64,000 nt of DNA from Pocillopora damicornis (lineage: Eukaryota): positions 1 through 64,000 of the forward strand of contig NW_020846334.1 of the NCBI RefSeq assembly GCF_003704095.1, given 5' to 3'. Position 1 is the stretch's first letter; each line of letters begins with the position of its first letter. The position numbers were made by a program, and so were the translations under genes. The notes under the pieces are model-generated. The model was not told the DNA's origin. It ran no database searches and saw only the letters and a list, made by a program, of their open reading frames with translations. Of the stretch, positions 36,558 to 49,522 are shown piece after piece.

Positions 36558-39500
36558 TCAAAGCTTTTTCAACTCAATGTGAACAGCTCGTTTCCGATAC
36601 TCCGTGGCCTTTCTCAAGTCACCCAGCTGATGATGTAATACACTTAAGGTATGGTATGAACGTGCGACATCATCGTGGTTGGGTCCAAGCTTTTTCAATC
36701 GAATCTGCAGGGCAATTTCAAAGCATTCTTGGGCCTGTTGTAGATCATCTAACTGCTGATATACTACACCCATGTTATGGCAGCTGAGTGCGACATGGAT
36801 ATCCTCGATTCCAAACATTCTCTGCCGAATGTCTAGAGCACGTGCATAATCTGTTATGGCCTGTGGCAGGTTACCCAAGCTAAGGTTTACATTACCCAGG
36901 CTATGGTAAGTACGCGCGACAGCGACCTGCAGAAATGCATGCTTTCTCAGGAGTCGAAGCGTTCTGAGCCTAATAGTTAGAGAACGTTCGTAATGTTCCT
37001 TGGCGAACTGTAGGTCACCAACGTTAAGGTATGCATTACCTTGGTTCTCGTGCATAGACGCAATGTTTAGAGCTCGTTTGTAATACTCCTTGGCCTTTCT
37101 CAAGTCACCCAGCTGCTGATGTGCAACACCTAAAGTATGGTATGAAAGAGCGACATCGCTGTGGTTGGGTCCAAGCTTTTTCAATCGAATCTGCAGGGCA
37201 ATTTCAAAGCATTCTTGGGCCTGTTGCAGATCACCTAACTGCTGATATACTTCACCCATGTTATGGCAGCTGAGCGCGACATGGATATCCTCGATTCCAA
37301 ACATTCTCTGCCGAATGTCTAGAGCACGTGCATAATCTGTTATGGCCTGTCGCAGGTTACCCAAGTTAAGGTTTACATAACCCAGGCTATGGTAAGTACG
37401 CGCGACATCAACATGCGTAGGTCCAAGCTTTTTTAATTGAATGTCTAGAGCACGTTCGTAATGGTCTTTGGCCTGTTGCAGATCACGCAAGTCGATGTGG
37501 TGAGCGATGGCAACATCTACATATCCGGGTCCAAGTATTTTCAACTGACTGTCTAAAGGACGTTCATAAGGCTCCTGAACCTGTTGAAAATCCCCCAAGA
37601 ACTTTGGCTTTGTGGGACTCAAGCTACTGTGAGCATCCGCGACATCAACGTGCTCTTTGCCGTATGGCAGGGTCGTCCCTCTCGGTTTTGCATCATTGAC
37701 TATTTATAAATGATTCAAGCCAATATTAACTTAAATTTAACTTTATTTTGGTGGAGTCACTAGAATTTCTTTTGAAACCTGGTGGGAAGGATGAAGTTTC
37801 AGTTCAGCTGGGTTTAAAATGAAGTATCGGCATAATTCACTATGGAATTCACCTATAGTTGAAAGCTAAACCGTAGAAAGAACATTACAATCTCTCACAC
37901 TGTTTCCTTTTGAACAGCACACTATTGTATCTTATTTGAAATGTTATCAGCTTGTCCGGTTGTCTCGATATTAGGGCATCTTTGCGTTTGAAATGCGTTT
38001 TTCATCATATACTAATAACTCGATTTGTGCCAAAAATAGCCAGAAACGCAATATTCGATCATGGGAGAGTAAGCGTGCTCATGCTTGTTACGTTTGTGGA
38101 ATAAGCTGACGTTTTATGCTACGCGCGAGACAAATGTATATAAATTTTGTCGAATGCTTCTTCTGGAAATCGACTTGAAACAGCTTTCTACACTAACCTG
38201 AGCATTTCATGAAATACTCTTGAGCGGCTCTATATTCCTCTTCTCGAATCGTTGTCGATAACTGCACCTCAACGAGACCAAACTTGTTTAGAATTTCCTC
38301 TGTGACAAGATGTTTTTGTGCCATCTCATTGAGATGGCCCGTGCAATGGTCATCCCACAGTTCGTCTAATACCTGCAGAGAGCTACATTCCACTGTTATA
38401 ATAATGCTTCCTATTTGAGTGTCAACAAGCAGCAATTTGCGCACGTCCCTGAGATATTGCAGAAACTCATTTCGCTCATGCGGGCTGGATGCATCAACTT
38501 CCTTGAAATACTTGAGTGCGATGAAATTCAGAACCTCCTCAGAACTAGGTAAACAATCACTTCCAATCCTCATTGCCTCAGAGCCTCTTGTACTTCCATT
38601 TTCTTGTTGAAGCGATGATGCAGTAGGAGGCATTTCATTATGCTTAACTCCTACAACTGTTTTCCTCTCGATATCAGAACCCTCAGATGTTAGCACCATC
38701 AAACCTGAGGCTCCAGGTACTGGAGATTCTTTGATGGTCTTACAGTCAATCCGCATTTGAAGCTGAACTATTTGGATAAAAAGTTTCATCAACCAATGTT
38801 ACTTCAGGTACCACGATAGGGATGTGGCAACTCAAGCCTCTGCCCTCTTACTTTTAAATGGTACCGTTGATCTCAGACGTGTTTTCCGATACTTAAACTT
38901 TACAACGCGTTAAGAGCTGATAATTTCAATCAGTGATTTCCAAACTCTGATTACGCAATGCATAAAGTTCGTGCCTGCGAGTTGGAACATGTGAACTGAC
39001 AGTGACTGAAATATGAATCTGCGCTCTTACACATTTTAGTTTCTAAATTTCAATAAGCTTCAAGTCAGGTTTGGTTGAATAGAGGAGACTTGGGACCAAA
39101 TGATTCCTGTGCGACATGGAATTGTACCGAAACGTTTTATCACAGTTTTCACACTGACATCTTACACGAACAATTGGTGGGTAATTGCACATAGACTTTT
39201 GCCGCCGGTTCAACTTTTTCGGACCGGGAACAGGAAATTTTGTACCACTTCATTAGTATTTAAATCCGCAAAACGATATTGTCGAGCCGTTAGTTGGTAA
39301 CGTTCGGGCCCTTTCAGAAAATGTGTGGATTAAATGGTCAAAGAAGCTAATTTGAGGTTGTTAGGAGAAGATAAATTTCATATCTACAAGCAACCATGTA
39401 TTATTTTTTTATCATATAAACAGAATAGCCCTTTACTGACAAATAATTTATCGATCCAGTACCGAGCTGGTCTGTAAAATGTTGCAAGAGTTGTCTTGTG

Positions 39501-40842
39501 AACAAATCACACCGATGAGTGCTAGTCAGATTGCAAGGATCACCAATGATTTCAAAATGGGTGTAATATATCTTTTGATGTTACAGNNNNNNNNNNNNNN
39601 NNNNNNNNNNNNNNNNNNNNNNNNNNNNNNNNNNNNNNNNNNNNNNNNNNNNNNNNNNNNNNNNNNNNNNNNNNNNNNNNNNNNNNGTTTGTCAAGCTGA
39701 TCCTTTAAGTTTTGAGCTTCCTCTCCTAGCTGATCCTTTATGTTTTGAGCTTCCTCTCCTAGCTGATCCTTTATGTTTTGAACTTCCTCTCGGACTTCTT
39801 GTCGCAGAGATGTTACGGCTTCTTTAGTTGCAGCTATTACTTTACCCCCCAGCTGATCTTTGATATATTTAGCTTCCTCTTGAAACTCTTGTCGTAGAGA
39901 TTGTACCTCTTCAGTGGCGGCTTTCATTTCCCCTCCAAGCTGATCTTTAATATCTTTAGCTTCTTCTCTAAGTTCTCGCCTCAAGAACTGTACTTCTTCA
40001 GTTGTCGTTTTTACTTCATCTCCAAGCTGATCTTTGATGTTCTGGACTTCTTGTCTTACACACTGAGCATCTTTTCTTGTAGTTTTTAGTTCCTCTTCAA
40101 GCTGATTTTTAATGCCTTGGGCTTCCTCGTGAAAAGTCGTCTCCAAAGTTTTTCCTTTCTCCTCTATTGTATTTTGGACGTCCTGGATAGAAGAGTTGAG
40201 CTTTACCACTAATTCCTTTATTTCTATATCGTTTCTATACCAGTGTAGTAATTCCTTTACATTTCTGTCATCCTCCGCAGTGAGAGGATCATTCAAAAGT
40301 TTATCAATGGCATCCTCCCACTCAGTTCCCTTTGTTGAGCTAATTGATCTAGCAATTCTCAATAGAGCCTCTCTGATTTCTTGCCAGAGTAATTGAAACT
40401 CTTCATCTCTGATCTCCATGCGTTGATTCACATGACCGTACACGGTGTTTCGATAATATTTGATTCTCGCTAAATCCGCAGCTAAACTGTGGTCTGTACT
40501 TGCCGGTAGATCGTCCCATCCCGAGGCTGTAGGATGGAGGTTGCATATTGTCCGTAGCAACTTAAAGAGCAGAGTCACATCGAAATCTTCTGATTTGCCA
40601 TACGTCCCTGGGGAGGGGTAAAGACAATCCCACTGTGGTTTGGTGATCCTTGCTGCTGCGAGCTGGCTTTTTATAGCCGGATCATTTAATATTGTGGGGA
40701 GGTCTTTTGGTGGATGTATCTTGTCGAAAATTTCTCGTAGTATCATCGTTCCTCCGCAGATCAGCAGTCGTGCTGCACGTTGGAAATTCGTTTTCTCAGG
40801 AGTTGAATCAAGCGCCTTACTGGGGTCTGTGGCGGCTGCCAT
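36558..40842 (-). CDS. DZIP3-like HEPN, coiled-coil repeats, TRADD-N-like domain, TPR protein (no NTPase seen); 3' end decaying
   Basis: Exon A 40842-~39687 runs into a gap (NFQRAARLLICGG...FDVTLLFKLLRTIC...DLARIKYYRNTVYGH, then EEAQNIKDQLG repeats). Exon B 38767-38198 (GSIIITVECSSLQVLDELWDDHCTGHLNEMAQK) is flanked by phase-1 sites. Exon C 37699-36558 is a TPR array with a phase-1 acceptor. Exon joining is inferred from phase only. Confidence 0.7.
39687..40060 (-). repeat. Coding tandem repeats, 33-bp and ~87-bp units
   Basis: AGCTGATCCTTTATGTTTTGAGCTTCCTCTCCT repeats into the gap. Protein units are EEAQNIKDQLG (11 aa) and ~29-aa units. Confidence 0.85.
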
Positions 40843-43800
40843 TTCACCAATGAGATAACTGCAAAAACATAACACCACGTTTGATCCCTCATTAACTAGC
40901 AATGGATAGCTATCAACCCTTGACCCAAACCCTTCTCCTTTCTGACAGAGCGACTCCTGTCTTAAATGAGTGTTAACTTTGAAAACTTAGCCACACCGTT
41001 GTCGTTCTTTAAAAAATCAGGTTTGTTTTCTTCTGCTCTACCGTTTCGCTTTCTGCACCTTACAGCCCGGTGCATACCTGGACTCTGGAATAGAATGATT
41101 GTTACACAGTTGTACAGCTTACTCTTTCTTATCTTGCTGGCTCAGTTGAGCTTTTTAATCAAGCTGAGCTAGTTTGCTATGTACAATCATCTTCGATGTT
41201 CGCCCGGTTAACATGTTAATGTTTTAATTCAGTACCAAGATGACTCCTCTATCAATCACTTAGTCTTTTCCGTTCACTTTGTTTTAGTTTACAGCAAGAT
41301 TTAACGACGCTCTTCATTGTATGTTCGATTTTTTTGCGTCATGATTCTCTTAATCCGTGAAAAATTACATCAAGTACCAAAGAAATACCATTAAAACGAA
41401 AAAATAGAAAAGAAATGCACTCGTCATAGCAGCCTGTTTCTGTTCTCATTACGTGTATGTTTCATTTTAACTCCTGCGTTTTCAATTCAGTTTTAACCCT
41501 GTAGTCCGCAAATATATGCAAAAATACATTTTTACATGTATTAAACATGCATTCAAAAATACTTATGGCAGCCTTCCGTCCCTGGCGGCGATAGATCAAT
41601 TGCAACGTCTCTCCTGAATCACCAAAGTTATTAACATTTGATGAGACCGTATGATCCCGAATATTTTCTCTTCAGGAGAAATCTGAAAGGAGGCCTTCAA
41701 CTCCAATGTACAGCGAGAATTTGAAAATATTCTAAACTTTTTCCGGCTTTAATTTGATTTAGAGTCCTCATTATCATTTTTCAAAATCAGCCAGCGTGAA
41801 CGTGAACACTTATCTAAAAGAGTTCTTGAACTAAAAAGTTTACAAAGTGCAAGCATGTCAAACGTTTCTCTATCTCATCTCCTCAAAGCTGTTAACCAGT
41901 AAATCTTCCTTCATATTACATATAATGGGTTTGATTTGATTGTTTTTCAAATTTTTGAGGTGCTGCATGCGACCCCCGCGGTAGTTCTAATCAAATATAC
42001 GCTTCATTTGCGATGACAACAACTGAGATGCGTCGATTGTCGTAAGAATGCTGGATGAAATTAAGCAGTATATGAGCGCTGAAAGATCTAGGAAATGATA
42101 AAAGTAACGCTAAAATATCAGTCTCTTTTTGATGTCGATGCTGAAAAGCCAATTGAAAAATAGGCTTCGTGATGCGTTGGAGAGCAATCGGACAAGGAAC
42201 GACATTGAAATCTATACTTCACTCTTATTCGGTTATTACTAAAACTGGTACTACATATGATTTGTCTTTTTGAAAGTTCTTAATCGGCAGTTTTTATACA
42301 TGCACAGTATTTATCACGCTACCTCGATAGAATGCTTGTGATAGCTTCTTCCGGTTTTGGAATTTTTGGGAACATTTAATCAAATCGATTTTCATCCTGT
42401 ATTGTCAAATAATACACACTATTTCACTATTTGCGCAGAGTGTTCATGTACTCACCATTTGCAGTTTCAGGAACTAGCCATGATTGCACTGCTAGTTTAA
42501 AACAGAGGAGCCCCAAAATGAGAATTGTGATGAAGCAAGCGGAAGTCGGCTACGGGGTTTCCCATCAATCAATGGAGCTTGCAGTAGAGAAATGTAGGCA
42601 AGCAATGCGTGCATGCATAGTTTCCTCCCTCTCTTTCTCATTCATTCTGCATCATTTCAACTGTATTTCATTTATCACATATGATTTATTATTTTTTACC
42701 AACTCGCGCTTTAATTTGGAATGCAAATAAAGATCACCTTCTAGTGAAGATTTTTTTTATGGATTTTTAGCGAAAAGAAAAAGATTTAGCGCCAATAGGG
42801 ATAAAAAATTTAGATCTAATTCATTATTCAACAATTATACACTTATCATCTATTAACATACGACCATTAAGCCTTTGAAGACTTATTTTTTAAAATAAAC
42901 TCATCATTTTTGTGTCTTTTTCTCTTGAAGAGATGCTGCGGGTTTTTGCGTAATTTGTGCATGAAGAATTTACAGCTGTGCATCTGTATTTAGGCGAAGA
43001 CGTTATGCGGTAGCTGGAACAGGATTGCGTATTAAAGATATATTGCTAACGCGAGAAAGCTCCAACAGTGAACGTTGATTTCAACTCTAACACCCAGAAC
43101 TGTGTAATGAGATTTAAGGGAGAAGATGACTTGTTTTTATTTATAAAGAGAGTTTAAACCATTTATTTTGCGTCTACAAAGCTATACGTTGTTTTGGAAG
43201 TTTAATACGATTACGGCAAAAACAAAACGATGGTCTGAACTCTCGCAAGCATATCGATTGTTGTATAATGCACCGACTAGCTATTTAGATTCACATGGTT
43301 CATTTTTATATTTTAAATCTAACAATTACATCAGTTAACTGTTTTTCTATTCGGCGTCTGAGTCACCATAGGACGCCTTTTCATTTACTCTCAAATCAGC
43401 TCGGAAATTTTTCACTACTAAAAAAGTAAACTAGGAGCAGTCCCCCCCTTTTCGGCAGAGTGCGTCACGCGAGTCAGAAAAAAAAATTTGGTAAAAAAAA
43501 AATTGACGTAAGCGCCCCAAGGGAAGCTCTGGGTGAGGCACTTGAAAAGTAGGCCTCACTCCCAGGGCTCCCCACGACGCGCTAACATCAACTTTTTTTT
43601 TCACTAATTTTTTTTTACTTGCGCGATGGACTTCGCGATTCAGCAAACGTCCACCACTTTTCACCTCCACTTTTCACCTCCACTTTAGTTAATTATCGTT
43701 AATCATAATATTGTAAAGAATATTATTTAAATGGAATAAAACTACTCTTATCGAAAAAGTTCATCCAAATGCGCTATTTTGTCTTTTAACTTAGTGTGTC

Positions 43801-44019
43801 GCTTGGCTCCCGATAATTTCCTCGGCTTTCGTTTATCAGATAGTTACTAGCCTTTAGGCCGCGGACGAAAACAATTTTTTTCTTTGACGTTCGTAAGTTT
43901 GTCGTGATGCCCATTGAAAATGTAAGACGAGTTTCGATGGCCTTATGTAAAATAAACTGCCTCTCCTTGTCGCCAGTTCTTTGCCACTAATTAAACTTAC
44001 TCTGCCATGAATAAGGCTT

Positions 44020-44987
44020 ACTCATCAGAAGCTTTTTTGGTGTTGCATTGTCTTGTGCTTCAGTCATACAGAGGCCGTTTGCTGCAAACCGACCCTGTTA
44101 CCACTCAGGCTATTTGGACGAAGCTCTTCCTTCTTATAGCAAACACAAGGTTATATTTTTATTGCTTCATGGCGAAATCTTGGGCAACGAAAAGCATAAA
44201 TAACGGGATTCACCGTCAAACCGATGAGAGCAAGCAATAAAGAGATCAGCTCGTAGTTTGTTATCCGTTCTTTTCTCGCCAACTGTTTCGCGATTGGCTT
44301 TTAATGTAACAGTAAGGATAATGAAAAGTTTGGTCAGTTTGCGGCGCGATTTTAAGAGTGCTGTGTTCGTGGCTTTATTCTCCTCAGCATTAAACCACAC
44401 ATGATAAATCACATGCGAGTAACAGTAGATAAAAACAGTACTTGGTATAACAAGACAGATTGCTAGTAAAAAAAAAATGCGTAGGCAATATGAACAGTTT
44501 CGATATCAGTGGGTGATGAATCTTCCGTTGTCGTGGTAACATTATTACAAACATATCTGACCCGAAACATCTTTGAATCGATGATCGATGCTCCCATACC
44601 TAAAATTATGACTTAAAACCATATTTTGAGAGTAACTTTCCACATCAGAGACTTGCCCACTTTTTTCATGTGCACAAAAGATTTAAGAATCAAATAGTAT
44701 CTCTCCGCTGCCAACACAACAAGAAAAAGACTAGACCCCAAAGCATTCTAAACAAACTGGAAGTGAGAAAAGTAAGGCATACTGTAGCAAATAGGAAATA
44801 TTTCCACGAAAGAGGATGTGGAAAAAGTAAATACGAGTAGGCCAGCTGGCCTATCAGCCACGTATTCAAATTTAAAAGTTTCCAGCGCCTGAAAATGATA
44901 ACAAGGACGAGGAAATTCCCAAAAATGATGAATAGAATCATCAAGAGGAGCGGAAAGCACAGAAATAGCCAAATTTAAATCCTCCAT
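44020..44987 (-). pseudogene. GPCR pseudogene, paralog of 33914-34912
   Basis: Fragments in different frames: MEDLNLAISVLSAP, FGNFLVLVII, IYHVWFNAEENKATNTALLKSRRKLTKLFII, LLALIGLTVNPVIYAFRCPRFRHE. TM6 is partly deleted. Confidence 0.85.
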
Positions 44988-45819
44988 TGCAGAACAACTG
45001 CAAAATATCTGAAACGAAATAAAAGCAACATGAAAATCTTTTGCGATCCTGAATTGCAGGGCAGTTTACCCAGATAAGCAAGACTCAACAACACGAGAAA
45101 TGCCTTCGTTTAAGTAAAGTTCTGTCTAAATTTTAATTTGGCATGGTCGCAGTATATAACTAATATAATAAGGTATACTCCTGTTTTTTAAATCTATCAA
45201 CAATTTGTGCTTTAAGTTTTTGTAATCAGGAGTATGAGACAGCTTTCCCTACCCTAATAACACAAATGCTATAAGTTTTGATTCAAATTTCATTTGCTAA
45301 CAAGACAACAGAATAATTAACCTTGCGGCGATCATATTTCAACAAGAATTGGTGTCGTCCAAAAAAAGAAAAGCAAAATAAAAAAACAGTGTATTCATTC
45401 AAAATAATTTTTTCATCATGAGAACTCTAGTAATGTATTCTTTCTTCTATTCATTAAAATATTTTTAAGTTTTCCATAACAACTCAGTTTTAAATTTCCT
45501 TTCTATTGAGAAAGTAAACACATGACTGTTTTTACCCTCAGCTAAATTAATTCATCTTCCAAATGAGAGTGATATATAAACAATTTCAGGCGGCTGAAGA
45601 GACCAATTTAGCCCTTTATTGACTTGGATATGGTATGGGTGGTCTTTTAAAAGTAAATAGAGTAACTCGCTGAGGCAGATACTCTCTTTAAAACTTTGAC
45701 AGAATCGTCCGTCCAAACTTAAAAACTGTATTTCAAATGCATCGATGAACAGTTCGAAGTAGTGCATGCGGAGAGTATATGCGCTTTTGCTAAAAGTTGT
45801 GATCATTTTAATTCGGCAT

Positions 45820-46573
45820 TAAACTTGGAGAAAGCATTAGCGGTAGATGGTAGATTCGCTGGTTCATTCTGATAATAATGATATTTTTCTGGAATAAATA
45901 AAATGTTTGAAATTGGAAAAGTTCAAGAATAAACTATAGACAGAAAACCGTTTGACGATTGGTCTCCCAAATGTTGGAGTCCAAGTAATTATGAATGTTG
46001 TAGTGAAGATGACGAAAAGATTTGTTGGTTTCCAACGTGATTTGAAGAGAGCAAGGTTTGTAGTTTTGTCTTCCAATTTGAACCATACGCGATCATTACC
46101 CGTGAGTAACAGAAAATCACTGCCATATTCGGTAGAATTGACCACACGCAAGAAGGACGAATGTGTAGTGTAGTGTTAATAGTTTCTGATACACCTAGCG
46201 CATTGCTTGTGCAGCTAATCGAAGCATTATTCGAAGAATACTTAATCGCAGCAGTCCAATGATGAGTTGTCATTCCCACAGAACCTAAAAATGCCAACAG
46301 TAATCCATATCGGTAACCTTATTCAAAAGTGATGTTTGCTTTTTTCAGGTGCACGAATGGTCTTAAATTTGGATAGTACCTCTCCGCCGCCGGAGCAACC
46401 CGAAAGTAACTTGGGTCCAAGGCATGTACAAGGTATTGGATAGAGGAATATGGAATGCTGAACACGAGCAAAATTATATCCACGAAAGTGTAAAGAGAGC
46501 AAAATAGATCGGACCAAGCAAGTTGGGGTATGAGGTACGCGTTTCCTACACTTTTACGAGATAAGGCCTCCAA
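45820..46573 (-). pseudogene. More degraded GPCR pseudogene of the same family
   Basis: NAYLIPQLAWSDLF, AERYYPNLRPFVHLKK, VWFKLEDKTTNLALFKSRWK...ITWTPTFGR occur in shifting frames. TM1 is missing. Confidence 0.8.
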
Positions 46574-48556
46574 AGTTTATATTTAGAATGTTAACGGGGC
46601 TCGTACGCACTAAAGCGCGTACGCGGATCCCCCTTTTCAAGAGAATATGTAAAACCATCAGGTCAAGATTAGTTGCGTTCGCGTTAGTTATGGCTTTCCG
46701 TTCAGCTGCCCGCAAAACTATATTCCAACGCGGGAAAAGCTGTTTAGGGGTGACACATAGAGGCAGTGCCCATAGGGAGTAGCTGAGATGCGTGTTTTAT
46801 GAATTTTGAGTTCTCTTTAAACCCGCCTCCTCAAAGTCAAACTTAAATCATTTTCTTCTTTCGATATAGCGATAGTTTTAGCTCTTGCCTTACAAGTTCG
46901 GCTTATTTGAGAAACAAATGATGGGTAGCAAGGATTAAATAACGGGCTGATTCTGTACATAATTTTACTTCTGAAATGACGTATGTATTAATGTCTTCAG
47001 TTCCTCGTCGCTATGGGAATTGCACAACTTTTTTGAATCAATCGCCTTAGAACACCAGGGAAATGAAGCGCCGTCCTAAATCTAATTTTGACCGATTGCT
47101 GTCCAAACCCAAAATGAAATTTTTTTGTTTTGTTTGTCTATCTCTGAGTTATATGTAATTATATGTAGTTCTGAGAAATATTTACTCTGCTGTTTATGGT
47201 TTTCCACGAAAATTTCAATGGTTGACTTCCTGTCCACAGAACAAAGTAGGTTGGTGTTTGCACTCCAAAAAACTTAAGTGGTCTTCCATGTAAGAGAATG
47301 AAATTAGACAGCTGATCTATTACAATCGAACACTTGTTTCCCATTTTACCTTTATCAAGGAACTTTAACACAGGCTAAATTGGAAAAAATTAACCCTGCT
47401 CCAAACATGCAAAATTCATTAACACCATCTCATTCCTCTCTCTCTCCGGCAGCGAAGAATTCTTGCGCTGTCGCATCGACGTTTTCCTAAAAGAACGCAA
47501 CGTAAAGAATTAAAATTTTGACTCTCTTCACCTGTTTTTTTACTTAATGAAAACCGTGAAAAAGTACGCAAGTGCAAGTAATGTCAAAAAAACTGTTCAA
47601 ATGCTTTTCAATTCCAAAACAAACAAATTTGAATAATAGCTTTTATTTTAATTTTCAGTCAATAATTTTTAAAGTTGTAAAGAAGGTCGCTATTTATTGA
47701 GACACGTGGAAATTAAATAAATTACGAAGAGTCAAATAACTCTTGCCTACTTTTATTCAGTAAATTCTGTTACCTGGACGATAAGCAATGTAAAGATATC
47801 ATAATCACATATATTTTCATAGTTTTACAACAAATTTGGAAATGGTGTAGTTAAATGGCGGGAAAGCACAGATCAAGCCAAACCTCGATTTCTTAATTCA
47901 CGCAGAGAGAGAAATGAACTTCTCTTTGTTAGAGGCTTCCAAAAGGTTATCCCCACAGAGAGAGGCAGCAAGACGACATCAATCATATCTCCTAAACCTC
48001 ATAGAGTGAACTCTTCGTTTCCGGATAAGATTATTTGTTTTTAATTCAAATTGAAATCCCTTGTTAGCAGAGAGAACATCCAATCAACAAATACAGTGTG
48101 ATAACTTGTCTGTCCTCTAATCTACATTGTAAACCAATGAATAACTTAGTCCACCTGATCTCGAGATTAAAGTCTGATCACGAAAGACTGATATCATATT
48201 CAAGGTCAATTCTTGTTATCGCCTAATCTCTATATTCAGTTCTGTTAATGGCCTTGTGATCTATTAGCATAGAGCATCTATTGTCTTAAAAGAGTCCATC
48301 ATGAGAAACAAGAAAAATCGAAGCTGTGAAATTAATTTGGCATGTGGATTGATTGTCAAAAATGCCTTTATGGTATGAAATGACTTTCCAAATTATTCTC
48401 GACTTCAATCTATTTATTTGTTTAATGCTAAAAGTAAACTTAATTTAATCCTCAGTGGTGCAGCTCTGATCCACACTTGAAAAGGAGCGGAAGAGCCTTT
48501 CTTCAACGCCACAGTCAAGAAGTCAAGTAGTCTTCCCGAGCTTTTGGCTGTCAGCC

Positions 48557-49522
48557 ATGAACGAAGAAATTCGTCTATTGGCAGGGTTTGTTTCGCTGCC
48601 AATCTTCATTTGCAATGTAATTGGAAATGCACTCGTCATTGCAGTTGTTAAAATGAACAAAAAGATGCAATGTCCAAATACCTACCTGCTGTCCTGGCTC
48701 GCTCTGAGCGACTTGAGTTTTGGATTCATCGCCGAAACAAACATCTATTTATTAGCAAATGGCGCCAAGGGCCGTCTGTATGGAACATATATGTTTCACA
48801 CTTTGCATTCGATTCTTATTTTGACTCTGCTTTCGATCGAAAGATACCTTGCGATTTTAAAGCCATTTTACTACAAAGCTAAGGTTACCAAATCTCTCGT
48901 AGCAAAACTCCTGTGGATAATATTGGCCTTCACTGCAATCGTTACTGCACCAAGTTACTATCTACTGGGAAACGGTTATAACATGCTGGAAGTTTGTGCA
49001 AAATCGAAGTTAGACGAAATTGCCACTATAGGTTATTTAGCCGCGCTTCTGATGATCTCGATAACAGTTCCTGGCGTTGTCATGTGTTCTTGCTACACCA
49101 GAATAATAAAACATGTCTGGTTTAGCGACGAGGCCAAAAATGCAAAGAACAAAGCCCTTTTGAGATCTCGGTGGAAATTGACCAAGATTTTCATAGCCGC
49201 GACAATAGTTTTCGCCGTTAGTTGGTCGCCATCTTTTGGAAAGCTTTCTGCCAAAAGCTTTCGATGCAGCGAACGTTTTGTACTTTACGAAGCAATCTAT
49301 ATTTTGTTAGCGCTGTTAGGATCCACGGCTAATCCCATAATGTATTCGTTTCGTTGTTCAGGATTCAGACAAGCGGTGAAGGAGTTGTTCAGCAAAAAGT
49401 GCTGCAGAAAACATCGTATCAACTCGAGAAAATCAATGCCAGACAGTGTCACAGGCAGGAGACCGCGTTGTGACCAAACAAGGCAAAGTGACGTGATACT
49501 TCTTAGTGTTCGAAAGACATAG
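48557..49522 (+). CDS. Intronless orphan rhodopsin-class GPCR, 321 aa
   Basis: GNALVI, LALSDL, IERY, HVWFSDEAKNAKNKALLRSRWKLTKIF, SWSP, NPIMYSFRC. Confidence 0.92.
   Translation: MNEEIRLLAGFVSLPIFICNVIGNALVIAVVKMNKKMQCPNTYLLSWLALSDLSFGFIAETNIYLLANGAKGRLYGTYMFHTLHSILILTLLSIERYLAILKPFYYKAKVTKSLVAKLLWIILAFTAIVTAPSYYLLGNGYNMLEVCAKSKLDEIATIGYLAALLMISITVPGVVMCSCYTRIIKHVWFSDEAKNAKNKALLRSRWKLTKIFIAATIVFAVSWSPSFGKLSAKSFRCSERFVLYEAIYILLALLGSTANPIMYSFRCSGFRQAVKELFSKKCCRKHRINSRKSMPDSVTGRRPRCDQTRQSDVILLSVRKT

Noticed and set aside
36558-36560. TGA as selenocysteine or programmed readthrough
   Set aside because: It replaces a Gly position, further stops and frameshifts follow shortly, and no SECIS was recognised. 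A nonsense mutation is simpler.
37744-37852. Extra internal exon between the TRADD-N-like and TPR exons
   Set aside because: Its donor phase does not match the TPR acceptor and reading through hits a stop; at most a short alternative terminal exon.
33914-49522. GPCRs as opsins partnering the CNG channel
   Set aside because: TM7 (LLALIGSAANP / LLALLGSTANP) has no retinal-binding lysine.
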